A stretch of DNA of 64,000 nucleotides from Neoconidiobolus thromboides FSU 785 (Eukaryota > Fungi > Entomophthoromycota): assembly GCA_025603075.1 (NCBI GenBank), contig MU626356.1, forward strand, positions 1 through 64,000, written 5' to 3'. Shown one piece after another: positions 1 to 13,069 of the stretch. Below the pieces are notes generated by a model. That model saw only the letters and a list, made by a program, of their open reading frames with translations, ran no database searches and had not been told where the DNA came from. The stretch's first letter is position 1. Each line of letters opens with the position of its first letter. The translations under genes and the position numbers were made by a program.

Positions 1-1
1 T

Positions 2-100
2 GGGGATGTATTTTTGTATTTAAGAGTTTTACTAACAAATTTTCCGCTCAAATAGCGCTTAAAAAATGGAAAAAATAATGAAGTCAAAAGAAACACTCCC
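2..100 (+). mobile_element. ~98-bp MITE copy 1
   Basis: GGGGATGTATTTTTG...AAACACTCCC; matches 15 other copies in the window. Confidence 0.85.
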
Positions 101-778
101 ATTTATTAAAAAAAACTTTGAAAACATTTTATAGCTTTTAATATCAAAACTAAAATAATAAACATTAAAAGAATTACAATAAATAAAGTTATAACTGGAT
201 TTCAATTATAATATATGCATTTTTACTATAAAAACTTAGAAAGATTGAACCTTTAACAGCGGAAACAATAATTAATCTCACTTTTATCCAAATGTATTAT
301 TAACCGTTATTTAAAATAATCAAATCATTACTCTTATTTTTTAGATAAGTAATCTGCTCAACTTTCGCTAAAATTTGAACAAATCGCACAAATAAAATAG
401 GGCTAATTAAAATCTTCATTTTCCCGAACTTAAAAAGTTTAAGTTGAATAATTAGTACTTTAATTTGAATCTCCGATTTTTATTGGCTTACTTTTTAATT
501 ATCCTAATCTAACTTTACTCCCTTAAGTATTTTCCCATGCCTTTAAATTCCCATGATGACCTCACCCTTACTTGAAAAAGTTAACTTTTTTGGCGTATCA
601 ATTACGAGATAAATCCTTATCTTTTTAAAAAAAGGGATAAATACCCAACCAAAGCATGTTTAAGTACGGGTAAATAGAAAAATATTAGATGGAGATAATC
701 AGTATATTCCTGAATTTGACAGTATTATTTATAGGTTTAATTTTAAAAAAATTGAAATTGAGCTATCACTTTTTGACC

Positions 779-3700
779 ATGATTGGTAACGCTAAACAAA
801 AAACAATTTCAACAAAAGACAAAGTAACCATGCCAACTACGGTAGAAACAAATAACACGCATTCAAACGCTCAGACTGTATCTAAAGAAAAGGAAGAAAG
901 CATTCAATTGGGAGATGAGGTGATCACAGTTTATACGTTAATATTAAACAAAGAAGGAGAAGCTAAAGACAATGACAAACTAATTCGTTTACCTGCTCCA
1001 ATAAAACCATATGGACTAAGGATTGTCTTAACCAGTGGCTCTTTGCCTTCTTTAAACGGTGAATTGAATACTAACTATCCAACAGATGCTAGGTAATCTC
1101 ATAATAATAATAATAATAATAATAATAATATTCTTATTTAACATATATTTAATAGCAATAACTTTGAAAGAACCAATTTTAATAAGTTAAAGTAACTAAT
1201 TTTTAATACAGTAATGATGACAAATGCTTATTTTTATTTTTATTAGTTTTATTAAAGGCTTTGAGTCTAATGCACACTGTGATATATTAATAACCAGGCC
1301 TGGTATCTATCAATATTATATATCATATCACAATGAACTCAATGAGCTAATAAAAACTAAGCTTGGCTATTTTATCATTGATCCTAAATTAAATATTAAT
1401 GGAAACCATTTACCCTTAGACGGTATTAACTTATTATCTATTGTGCCAAAGTGGCTTGGTCCTATTTCCAAGTGGGATTCTCATTTTAAAGCCGCTTCTG
1501 AACTTGGTTATAATTTGATTCATTTTGTACCTTTACAAAAGAGAGGAGGTTCTAATTCTCCTTATTCTTTATTTAATCAAAATGCCCTCTCAGATGATTT
1601 ATTCCCTCCAAAGACAACCGAAGATGTTAAGTTAAATATTTTAAAGCAAACCATTACTGGTTTGCGTGAAGAAAAGGGATTGTTGAGCTTAATTGATATG
1701 GTATGGAATCACACTTCGTTTGATTCTGAATGGTTATGGGATCATCCAGAAGCTGGCTATAATTTAGAGAACTCGCCTCATCTGCGTCCAGCTTATGAAT
1801 TAGATACCGCTTTATTGGAGTTATCTACACAGTTAAAATCTCATTATAACCTTAAAGGTAGTATTGAAAATGAAGCTGATTTAAATGATGTAGTTTCAGT
1901 TATTCGTAATTCTGTCATTCCTAATCTTAGATTATATGAATATTATGCAATTGATGTTAAAAAAGCCATTGATGAATTAAAAAATATTGCTGAAGAACGC
2001 ACAATTGATGAAAATGTAGAAGCGTGTATTCCAAATGAAGATATTAGAAACTTCAATAATTATGATTTAGGATTAAAAATGGTAGAACACGCCTTGGTAG
2101 AACAACCTGGGATACGTTTTGGTAAACATCTTAAACCTGAATTAATCATCCCTATTTTGCGCGTACGCCTTGGCTATCGTTCTGTTTATGACAACTTAGA
2201 AGAAGCCAGTAATGTTTACCACGATTTGTTAAACATGATCAATCTCCCTTATTATACTGCCTTTGATGAAGACACTGCTGCTATGATTCAAAACATTGAA
2301 AATCATTTAAGATTTCAAAGACTTGCTTCCAATGGGCCTCAATACTCTCAGATCGATGAACATCATCCTCTGCTACAAACTTATTTTACACGCTTACCAC
2401 AAAATGAACGTACTTCCAAGCACTCCAAACATGCACTTGCTATTGCTAACAATGGTTGGGTATGGGCAGCAGATCCTAAAGTGGACTTTGCATCCCCACA
2501 ATCCCAAGCTTATCTTCGTAGAGATGTGATTATCTGGGGAGATTGTGCTAAGCTAAGATATGGTAACTCAAAAGAAGACAACCCATGGTTGTGGGAGCAT
2601 ATGCGTCAATACACAATAACAATGGCACAAGTATTCAATGGGTTCCGTATTGATAACTGTCATTCTACCCCAATCCATTTAGCAGAATATCTTTTGGATG
2701 CTGCACGTCAAGCCAATCCAGATCTTTATATTGTAGCTGAGTTGTTTACTGGATCAGAAGAAATGGATAAACAATATGTATGCCAACTAGGACTGAATTC
2801 TTTGATACGTGAAGCTATGCAAGCTGGTGATTCATTTGAATTGAGTCGACTTGTACATAGATATGGTGGTAATCCGGTTGGATCTTTAGATGAAAGTTGG
2901 AGATCTAAGAAGGGTTCTTTTAAATCTTTCAATTTAAGTAAAGAATATGAATGCAACCTTATACCAATTGAGGGTAAAGTAACTCACTCTTTGTTCATGG
3001 ATTGTACCCATGACAATGAATCACCAACTCAAAAGAGAACAACGATTGATAGTTTACCAAATGCTATGTTAGTTGGTATGACTTATTGTGCTGTTGGCAG
3101 TGTTAAGGGATATGATGAAGCTTATCCAAAGCTTTTAGAACTTGTAAGTGAAAAGAGATTGTATCAAACAGTTTCTGATGCAACAAGTGTTGGTATTGGA
3201 AAAGCAAAGAAAGAGATGCTTAATTTACATTACAAATTATGTAAAGAAGGATACAATGAAATCCATGTTCATCATGAAAACCAATATGTTATGGTACATC
3301 GTCAACATCCCAAATCCCATGAAGGCTATTTACTTATTGCTCATACTGCTTACAAGCATTCTTCAGAAACCAGCTATTTATCACCTGTAATACTTAGGGG
3401 TACTTCCATTGAATTTATCAGTTCCTATAAACTGGATGTAAATGATAGTAAAGAACCAGAAGATAAAGAATTTATTACAGGCTTAAATACTGTTTTAAAA
3501 GAGCTTGAATTTCCAGAAGTACGTCATGGTAAAGATGACTTAGGTCCTTATGTTGAACTTGTTTTAAATGAAAATTTTAAACATGGAAGTACTTTATTAA
3601 TCAAAACCAAACTTAATGAACTCAACGAATCAATTACCTCTCAAATCGGTGATCAAGTTGAAGAGAATGTACAAGATTTAACTCATCTTGGCCTAAACAT

Positions 3701-6059
3701 TCTATTGTACCGTTGTGATGCAGAAGAAAAGGATTTGATTGGTGATGCTGCTGGTTCCTATGAATTCCCGCACGTTGGCCACTTAGCTTATTGTGGTTTA
3801 CAAGGCTTCGTCTCTGCTTTAAAACCAGTTATGTTATCAAATAACCTTGGCCATCCTATTTGCCAAAACCTCAGAGATGGTAGATGGGCTTTAGATTATA
3901 TTATCAATCGACTCGAACAACATCTAGAGATTGAACCCTCACTTAACAAAACCCATCAATGGTTTATTAAGCAAAGGGAGTTATTAGAAAAAGTACCCTC
4001 CTTTTTGTTTCCAAAGTATTTCTCTATGTTGATCTTCTCTGCTTATAATGCAGCAGCCAAAAAAGCGTATTCTACTATGTCAGAGTTTGTACAACAAGGT
4101 GATTGGTTTATCAAAGGCTTAGCTATGTGTTCTATTCAACTCAGTGGAGAAGTAAAAACAACATCACTTCATCCAAAAGAAGCTGGTCCCTGTTTAGCAG
4201 CTGGGTTACCTCATTTTGCAGTTAGACATATGCGATGCTGGGGTAGAGATACCTTTATCTCATTAAAAGGGTTGTATCTCTGTACAGGTAACTTTGAACT
4301 CGCGCGTCAACATTTACTTTCATTTGCTGGTTCAGTAAAACATGGTCTTGTTCCTAATTTGTTAGACAGTTTGCGTTTTCCAAGATACAATGCTAGAGAT
4401 GCTACCTGGTGGTTCCTTCAAGCTTTACAAGACTACTGTATAATGGCACCAGAAGGTAATGCTATCTTAAAGGTACAAGTACCAATGAGATTCCCTGATG
4501 GTGATAACTTTGTTGCCTATGATGATCCGCTCTCTTATTCTGTCTCTAAACCATTATACGATATCATTCAAGATATCTTCCAACGTCATGCTCAAGGGAT
4601 CAAATTTAGAGAATGGAATGCTGGTCCTAATCTAGATGATCATATGTCTGATAAAGGATTCAATGTTGAAGTAGTTTTAAATAAAGAAAATGGATTTATT
4701 TTTGGTGGAAGTAAATATAATTGTGGAACATGGATGGATAAGATGGGAGAATCAGTTAAGGCAGGGACCATGGGAGTTCCAGCTACTCCACGTGATGGTG
4801 CTCCAGTTGAATTGACTGGATTACTTAAATCAGCTTTGCGTTGGATTACTAATTTAAGTGAAAGTAATGAGTATCCATATAAGCAAGTTAACCTTGAAGA
4901 TAAACAAGCATTTACATTTAAACAATGGAATGAATTAGTTTTACAGAATTTTGAAAAGTATTATTATGTACCATTACAAGATGAAGATCAAGAAGCATAC
5001 CATATCAATCCAAGTTTAATCAATAGAAGAGGTATTTACAAAGATACCCTTAATAGTTCGATTGAGTACACAGATTATCGTCTTCGTCCTAATTTCCCTG
5101 TAGCCATGTATGTAGCACCTGAATTATTTGATCAAAAGCATGCTCAACAGGCCCTTAAAATGGCTGAGGATGTGTTATTAGCTCCATTAGGTATGAAAAC
5201 ACTTGATCCTAAGGATTTAGCTTACCGTGGTGATTATGACAACTCCAATGATTCTAATGATGCAAGTATTGCTAAAGGCTTCAATTACCATCAAGGCCCA
5301 GAATGGGGGTGGCCATTAGGTTATTTCTTAGGATCTAAATTACAGTTTAGTTTAGATAATTTGAATGAAGAAGAACTTATTAAATTAAGCACTTTTATAC
5401 ATTCTAAATTAACTGGATTTAAAGATGTATTAAGAAAAGAACCTTATTCAGGAATACCAGAACTTACTAATTCCAATGGTAAATTTTGTCCAGATTCTTG
5501 TCCAACTCAAGCTTGGTCAGCAGCTACTGCTTTAGATCTTTTAAGTAAATTAAAACAAGCATTTGATGAAAATCAAAAGAAAAAACAACTTAATGTTGAT
5601 ATTGAAGTTAAAAATGATATTAAAAATACAAATGACGTTAAAGCACAACCTGCTACTACTCAAGCTAAAGTGAAAGTATCTCCATCGAATACAAAACCAA
5701 CTACAAATTCTAATACCCCAAAGCATAATCGCCAACAATCTTTACCTACTCAAAATAATCAAAAAGAAAGGAAGCCATCTACATCAAGCCCAAATAACAA
5801 TAAAGTTATGGCATCACCAGTATTAACTAACAAGGCTACTAAAAAGGTATCTGCTTCACCAGCGCCCATTCAAACTACCCCAGCTATTGGTAAAAGTGGG
5901 CGATTAAGTAGAGAATCTTCACCACTTCATTCACCTAAAAAGACACCTTCACCTACCGCTGGATTTAATACTAGAAAGAGCAATTCTATTGATGATAAAA
6001 AATCCCCCTTAAAGCCTACTTTTTCTTCATCATCAAAACAGAAGAAAGAAGTCAAATAA
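779..6059 (+). CDS. GDB1: Glycogen debranching enzyme (4-alpha-glucanotransferase / amylo-1,6-glucosidase)
   Basis: Motifs GFRIDNCHSTP, AELFTGS, FMDCTHDNE, AAGLPHF, RCWGRDTFI, CGTWMDKMGES, YHQGPEW, QAWS. Inferred exons 779(or 830)-1092, micro-exon 1156-1191 (NNFERTNFNKL) and 1247-6059, all GT-AG and in frame. Confidence 0.95.
1101..1131 (+). repeat. (AAT)n microsatellite in GDB1 intron 1
   Basis: About 10 consecutive AAT units. Confidence 0.9.
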
Positions 6060-6247
6060 TGAAATCAATTAAATAGTATGAAATTAAAGTATCACATTCA
6101 AAATAAGTAAAAGTTGTTACTAAGAATTCGATTTATATTTACATTTTTATATTGTCTTTATTATTAATAAAATTAATTACATATGATTGATTATTTGTAT
6201 AAAAAATTTAATAGCACAACATAGAATTATATCATCTATCTAATAAG

Positions 6248-7899
6248 TTAAAGTTCGATACTTCCTATCATTACTAAGCCACATTCACTACCAACTAAAG
6301 CAAGTCCAGTGGTTGGATGTAAATCTAAATAATTAAAGGAATCTACAAGCCCATTTTCAAGTTCTATTGTTTTAGCTAAATGATTACTATATAACGTCGG
6401 ATTATAATTGTAACAATATAACTCTTTTTCTCTTTCAATTGTATGTAATAATTCATCACAACATAAAGTAAGCCCTAAACTAGAACCTAAGATAAAACAT
6501 TATTTAATAATAATCTAGTTTAATTTAATACTATTTTTTACTAATAGTTGTTGTTACTAATATATCTGGATTTAATGGATGATGTTTAATTGATTCAATT
6601 GAATTTGAATGTCGATTTGGTATGATCTTTGAATCACTACCTCCATTTACATCTCTTTGCCCCAATTTTCTTAAATCGAATAATAAAATATCCCCATAGC
6701 TAGTACCAACTGAAAAATTACAATACTAAATTAATACAATCAAATTAAAATTTAACAAAATAACTAAAAAGAAATTACTTTTTCTGGATGATGTACAATA
6801 CAATTAAACTCCCCAACTGATTTATTATGTTCTTTCTTAAATGACTGTTTTACATTACCATCCACTCTTAAGTCTAACATTTGAACTGTTCCATCCGAAC
6901 ACGCTAAAGTCGCAATTGATGGAGAAAACCAAGCTACATCTTTAATACAATATTCACTTGTCTTTTGATTAAATATTCTCTTTTGGCTATTAATATCATA
7001 TAAAGTAACTGTACCATCAAACCCAGTGGATAATAATGTATCTATACCATTAGCTATGGTATTATTACTATTGATTCCAAACAAAGCATCTTCTGGATTC
7101 AAGTAATTATTTGGTGGAAACTTTACTCGACTAGTACCACCTAATGTAGATTTGTGAGCTCTATATTCATCTGTTAATTCATAACCCCAGTCTCTCTCTT
7201 CTTCTAAATAGAAAAAGGTATATATACTAATAGTACCATCATCCGAAGCTACTACTAATTTATCTTTAAATTCAATATCATTGATGTTTTTTGGATGTTT
7301 AATAGCTAATTCTAAATTTCTTTCAAAAGTTTTAATTGAAGTAGGGCCGCTCTTTAGGAAGGTTGACCACACTTGAATTTCACTAGACTATAAAAACGGG
7401 TAAGTGAAGCTATATAAAATAATTAAAGTTACTTCATCGAATTGTTTTTCCGTCAATAAAAATTTATAAGAGGCATCTTGATTGAAGGTTCTGTAAGGGT
7501 TTAATCCACTGTTTTGAAACGACGAACTAGATGGCTGATAATTATAAAGAAGCTCGGTTTCTAACTTCTCATTTTCTTCATCGGTATCAAATAAAAGAGG
7601 CTCGTTTAGTTTGCTATTAATAATAGGTTGTAATTCTTCTTTATTGGTTTATAGATTAGAACTAAAAATTTGATATTTGTATATTGATTACCTCTATTTG
7701 CAACACTATTACTAGCATTATATACATTATTAATGCCATTACTAAAATTACTTATACCATGGTCACTATTAGAACTATTACCCTCTATATAATCTTGCTT
7801 TCCAAAACTTGTATTAATCTTTGAATCTTCCATGTCTTGAATCCATTTTAAACTTGTAATATTCCCAGTGCAATGAAACATTTCATAATCGAATACCAT
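6248..7899 (-). CDS. Multi-exon WD40 beta-propeller protein (possibly TFIIIC Tfc6/GTF3C2-like)
   Basis: WD-like segments EIQVWST, LVVASDDGTISIY, LLSTGFDGTVTLYDI, LACSDGTVQMLDLR, VGTSYGDILLFDLR; GT-AG introns join ORFs 7606-7899 and 6764-7372 to downstream exons. The subfamily is a guess. Confidence 0.7.
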
Positions 7900-8233
7900 C
7901 TTTTAACAATTAAATTGTTTATTATTTTAATTACGAAAAAAGAAAAAACTTTTAATTCTTTTTTGTTGTCTGTTTTAGTAGTAAACGTAAAAATTAAGGG
8001 TTGCTATTTTATGAAAAATTAAGGGAGAGAAGTTTTATGCGTAAAAATGAATAATACAAAAAGGGATTACTATTTAAAGTAGGAGGTATTTGTAGAGAGT
8101 TATAAGCTATAAGTTATAGAAATACTTTTATTATAATACTTACATATTCTAAACTTTAGAGACTTGTTTAGATATACTACACTATATTTAAACATTAAAA
8201 CATTACTTTTATTATCATTAAACATAACTTGAA

Positions 8234-8893
8234 TTACAAAAACCTTTTAAATGGTGACTCAATTTTAACAATTGGTGATGTTTTATAGAGATAGGCGCTA
8301 TGGTCACTATCCAAATAAAACTCTGGAATAACAGGATATCCTGGTAGATTAGCTACTGTTAACTTGGGTGCTACAAAAGTAGAGTTAAAATTTTCTCCTA
8401 ATACCTTGATATCAATACAATTCATATAGAACTCCCTATTCCCGTACGCATTGACCCAAGTCCAAGCCAAAGTAGCTCTTTCCGCAGAGGGTATGTTCTT
8501 TGGTAGCATTACTTCAAAGTTTAAACGATGAATAAAACAATCATTTAATACAGTATTTAGTACACCAAATACTTTATCATCATAACTTAATGAAAACTGA
8601 CAATGACCACCATGGTGATACGTCTGGTTTTCAAATGTAAATGTAATGATATCCCCAGGTGAATATTCCGCTGTGGCTGGGCCTGGCATTGTATTTCTAC
8701 ATGGGAATCCACTCTCCCATTCCTTTGAATTACCAACTGGACTACTGAGATCCCAATCGACTAACCCCTTATCACGATACCATTTAGAGAATTTTGAATT
8801 ACGTGGGTTAGGATATTTTACTTGCATGTGAGCATTTATAAAGGTAAGATGTATTGAAAGGAAAACAATAACAGTAGTGAAAAAATAGTTCAT
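8234..8893 (-). CDS. Secreted AA11-like lytic polysaccharide monooxygenase (chitin-active family)
   Basis: Hydrophobic signal peptide ending INA, then His1 (HMQVKYPNPR); HHGGHCQFSLSYD; AWTWVNAYGNREFYMNC, the AA11 histidine-brace/Tyr pattern; no introns. Confidence 0.8.
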   Translation of the reverse strand: MNYFFTTVIVFLSIHLTFINAHMQVKYPNPRNSKFSKWYRDKGLVDWDLSSPVGNSKEWESGFPCRNTMPGPATAEYSPGDIITFTFENQTYHHGGHCQFSLSYDDKVFGVLNTVLNDCFIHRLNFEVMLPKNIPSAERATLAWTWVNAYGNREFYMNCIDIKVLGENFNSTFVAPKLTVANLPGYPVIPEFYLDSDHSAYLYKTSPIVKIESPFKRFL

Positions 8894-10277
8894 AGCATAA
8901 TAAGAAGATGTATTAGTTTAAAGATCAATATTTATCTCCATTTTGGACTTATTTTTAAAATGAAACAAGGTTAATTTTTACTATTTCCTACTTTTGCAAT
9001 GAAACAGAATGGGTTAACTTGATTTTAGCATCTCACTTTTTTTAAAATAAAAATAAAGTTTTGAATTAACTAGTTTAATTAAAATCTAGAATTCAATTGA
9101 ATTTCATTTATAAAAAAATGGTAATGGAGGAAAAGTTAAATTTGAAGTTGAAAAGAATTTTAAGTAAAAGAATATAGTATATAATGATAATAGCATTTAA
9201 AGCTTGGCAATAAGTATAAGGCATATTTTAATTAAACTATAAAGATAATAAAGGTAATAATGCTTTTTTGATGTTGCTTTTCAATTTAACCACACCATTT
9301 TGAAAAATGTATAAAACTCCAGCTGTTGGCAATTCCAAGCAAAAAAACTTAACAATAATAGATTATAAACTTAATTATTTTGTTGAATTTTCGCCTTACG
9401 AATGTTAACCTACTGATGTTGAACGTTTTTCAAAAAGGTGTAGTTTGGTTTTGATTAAATTACTTTTGTAGCTGCTTTATATAAAGTTGTTTTTTATTGA
9501 GATTTAAGATATGACCTAATTACTTTACAATGTAAAAAAAGTACAAGTTTATAAAGTTCACAGTTATCTTTTACCGAGTATATAGATTTCAAACAATCAT
9601 TGATTTAAACAAATACCCATCTTATTTGATATCAGTATATATATAAGATCATTTAATATAAAAAGCCAAAAAAACTATTTACCCCAGCACCAAATATTAT
9701 ATTTGTAACTTCACCTTGCCAATACATATTAACAATCTATCTCACTTTAAACAAAATACCATGATAGTATCCTACTTATTATTTATAGCACGATATTTAA
9801 TGATTTATCACAAACTGGGTTAAGTACATTGTATGCTACAATTTGTGATTGTTTTAGTTAATAGTCTATAAGATTATTTTAAAGCTTTTTGATATAGTTC
9901 ATTAATGTTATAGATCAATAACCAAGCATTACCTGAATAGTTATCGTTTCGTTTACCTATCATAATGGGCAATGCATACCAGACTATTATTGCTTTTGAC
10001 TTTCTGATTTTTGCTGAAAGCTCTATAAAAACAAATATCTTATAAAACTAATATATATGGGACTGTCTTAATTGGTTTCAGAATCTATTTAGAAATTAAT
10101 CCAAATTTAAAATTTCAAGTTTGTGTCCAACATAACGGTTAAATCTAAAAAGCCTAAAATTAAATGTCTCTATTTAAAACTTATTTTTAATTGTTTCCTT
10201 TTCTTAATAAATAGCTAATTTTCCTAATTATATAAATATGATTATTTGACTTTATTTTTTGTTGAAATAAAAATAAA

Positions 10278-11175
10278 ATGCAAACTTTCATAACTAAACT
10301 TCGAAATGGAATTTTTGAAAATTTTAATACAATAGGGAGGAGTACACAATATAAACATTGTAATTCATTTACATCAATTTTAAGAGCTACTTATAACAAC
10401 CTAAGGTTTATGGAATTTTATAACAAAACAAAACAAAGAAAAGATATATTATCAAAGTTTATTATCGATAATAATAAACTTAATCAAGTAATGTATAAAA
10501 TTAGTGCTTTGAGGGAAATAGGAAATAAAAATCAACAAGTAGCGTTATTATCAACTATAGCTTCAGTATATTCTTTTGATGAATGCAAGAGTTTTGGGTT
10601 TAATATAAATAGAAATCAATATGATTATTCAAAAACAAGTAATAATAATAAAATATCAACATTGCAACCTATTATTAAAAATACAAAAAAAATTAAAGAT
10701 GAGCAAATTGAAACTATCATACAATATTTACTAAATGATTCAACTATTTCATCAAGATTTAATAAAAAAAAATAATGATAGTAAATATTCATCAGATAAT
10801 ATATATATATTAAATAAAAGTAGAATGATATATAGTAAATATTTGAATAACCTAAGAGATAAAGCAGTAGCTAGGTCAACGTTCTTTAAATATATATCAA
10901 GTAATTTCAAAAATCCAGCAAGAAAAACGGATCTATGTAATATATATGCCCAGTATACAGTATACAGTTAGGAAAAAGTTATTTGAAAATAAAATAAATA
11001 CAGCAAAAGACAAAGCAAAGATAGAAGAAGTAGTTTTCAATGAAGAAGAAAAATTATACAAATTACATAAATTCTGTGTTGATACTCAAAAAAACACATT
11101 TAATGAAACTATTAAAAAATTAAATAACAAAAGTTGTATAATAATTTTAGATTTTAAACAAAATATGGAAATAGG
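10278..11175 (+). pseudogene. Transposase copy A, N-terminal half, frameshifted, runs into the gap
   Basis: Three overlapping ORFs in different frames, about 90% identical by eye to 11604-12480. Confidence 0.8.
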
Positions 11176-11275
11176 NNNNNNNNNNNNNNNNNNNNNNNNN
11201 NNNNNNNNNNNNNNNNNNNNNNNNNNNNNNNNNNNNNNNNNNNNNNNNNNNNNNNNNNNNNNNNNNNNNNNNNNN
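11176..11275. other. Assembly gap (100 N)
   Basis: Run of 100 n. Confidence 1.
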
Positions 11276-11580
11276 AGGTCTTAGTTTATGTGACTAAGAT
11301 AGACTTGGATTATGAGGAATAGCACGTAATAGGTTACAAGCTATATAAGACAAATAGAATAGACAATACTAATGTAAAATCTATGTAAAATAATATTAAG
11401 AAAACTTAGTGGCTTTATTAAATGTTCGAGATATCAGGGATTAATTCAGTTAAAAAGCCTCGAACTATTATACTCTGTAAACTCTTTTATACTCTGAAAA
11501 GTATAAGTATCAAAATGAGAAGATAATATTCTTTTGGGTGGAACTAGAAATTCTCATAACAAATCAAAATAATTAACCAT
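11276..11580 (+). repeat. Degenerate dispersed repeat, homologous to 56665-56965
   Basis: Shared TTAGTTTATGT(G/A)ACTAAGATAGACTTG ... AAATCAAAATAA. Confidence 0.7.
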
Positions 11581-11603
11581 GGGACTGACGAAGCGATATT
11601 TCA

Positions 11604-13069
11604 CATAGCTAAACTTCGAAATGGAGTTTTTGAAAATCTCAATACAATAGAGAGGAGTACACAACATAAACATTATAATTCATTTACATTAATTTTAAAA
11701 GCTACTTACAACAACCCAGGGTTTATGGAATTTTATAATAAAACAAAACAAGGAAAAGATATATTATCAAAGTTTACTATCGATAATAATAAACTTAATT
11801 AAGCAATGTATAAAATTAGTGCTTTAAGGGAAACAGGAAATAAAAACCAACAAGTAGCGTTATTATCAATTATAGCTTCAGTATATTCTTTTGATGAATG
11901 TAAGAGCTTTGGATTTAATATAAATAGAAATCAATATGATTATTCAAAAACAAGTAATAATAATAAAATATCAACATTACAACCTATTATTAAAAATACA
12001 AAAAAAAATTAAAGATGAGCAAATTGGAACTATCATACAATATTTACTAAATGATTCAACTATTTCATCAAGATTTAACAAAAAAAACAATGATAGTAAA
12101 TATTCATCAGATAATATATATTTAAATAAAAGTAGAAGAATGATATATAGTAAATATTTTGATGATCTAAGGGATAAAGCAGTAGCTGGGTCAACATTTT
12201 TTAAACGTATACCAAGTAATTTCAAAAATGCAGCAAGAAAAACAGATTTATGTGATATATGTCCCCAGTATACATTCAGGAAAAAGTTATTCAAAAATAA
12301 AACAAATACAACAAAAAACAAAGCAGAGATAGAAGAAATTTTCAACAAAGAAGAAAAATTATACAAATTACATAAATTCTGTGTTGATACTCAAAAAAAC
12401 ACATTTGATGAAACTATTAAAAAATTAAATAATAAAAGTTGTATAATAATTTTAGATTTTAAACAAAATATCGAAATAGGAACAAGACCAGGTTCAATAA
12501 ATTTAGATCATTATAATAAACAAGTTATATCAGTATTAGGTTTTGGTGTTTTATATTTGAAAGATGATAAAAAAATAGACAAGGTTTACTTTGATTATTT
12601 ATCTGAAGTATTAAATCATGATTCAGCATATGCAGGAGATTGTTTAATCGATTTAATCTCTACAGAGCTTTTATTTAAGTTCATAAAAATTAATATATGG
12701 GCAGATATAAGAAATTATTTTAGATCCCAAGAGTTCCTACATTATATGTTTAAAGAAATTCATAAAATAAATGGTAGTTTGAATGTTAATCTTAATTTTT
12801 TTGCTGAACATCATGGAAAAAGTATAGTTGATGGACATTTTGGAAACCTTTCAAAATGCAGAAGTAGTTTTGAAGCGTTAGGTAAAATAGAAGATATCAA
12901 TCAATTGATTTCAAAATTTGAGATTTTTATTTGCGAACATAATAAAATTAATAACTCGACTGTTAATAATGGGAAAACAGATATAATCTTTAAAAAGTAT
13001 GAAAGAAACAAAAATACAAAAAGAATAATAGAGATCCAAGGCATTAAAGAAGTATTTACATGTTATTAA
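11604..13069 (+). pseudogene. Transposase copy B, 5'-truncated, one premature stop and an A-run frameshift
   Basis: TAA at about 11800 where copy A has CAA; frame change near 12001-12008; the 377-aa ORF carries the three putative catalytic Asp motifs. Confidence 0.8.

Noticed and set aside
9300-10020. Coding-like remnants upstream of the transposon (also about 14290-14600, 18500-18900, 27950-28640 and 57640-58100)
   Set aside because: All frames are riddled with stops and no motif could be named
11581-11587. GGGACTG resembling the left TIR at the start of transposase copy B
   Set aside because: Only 7 bp, and it aligns with the tail of the unrelated 56665-56965 repeat; likely chance
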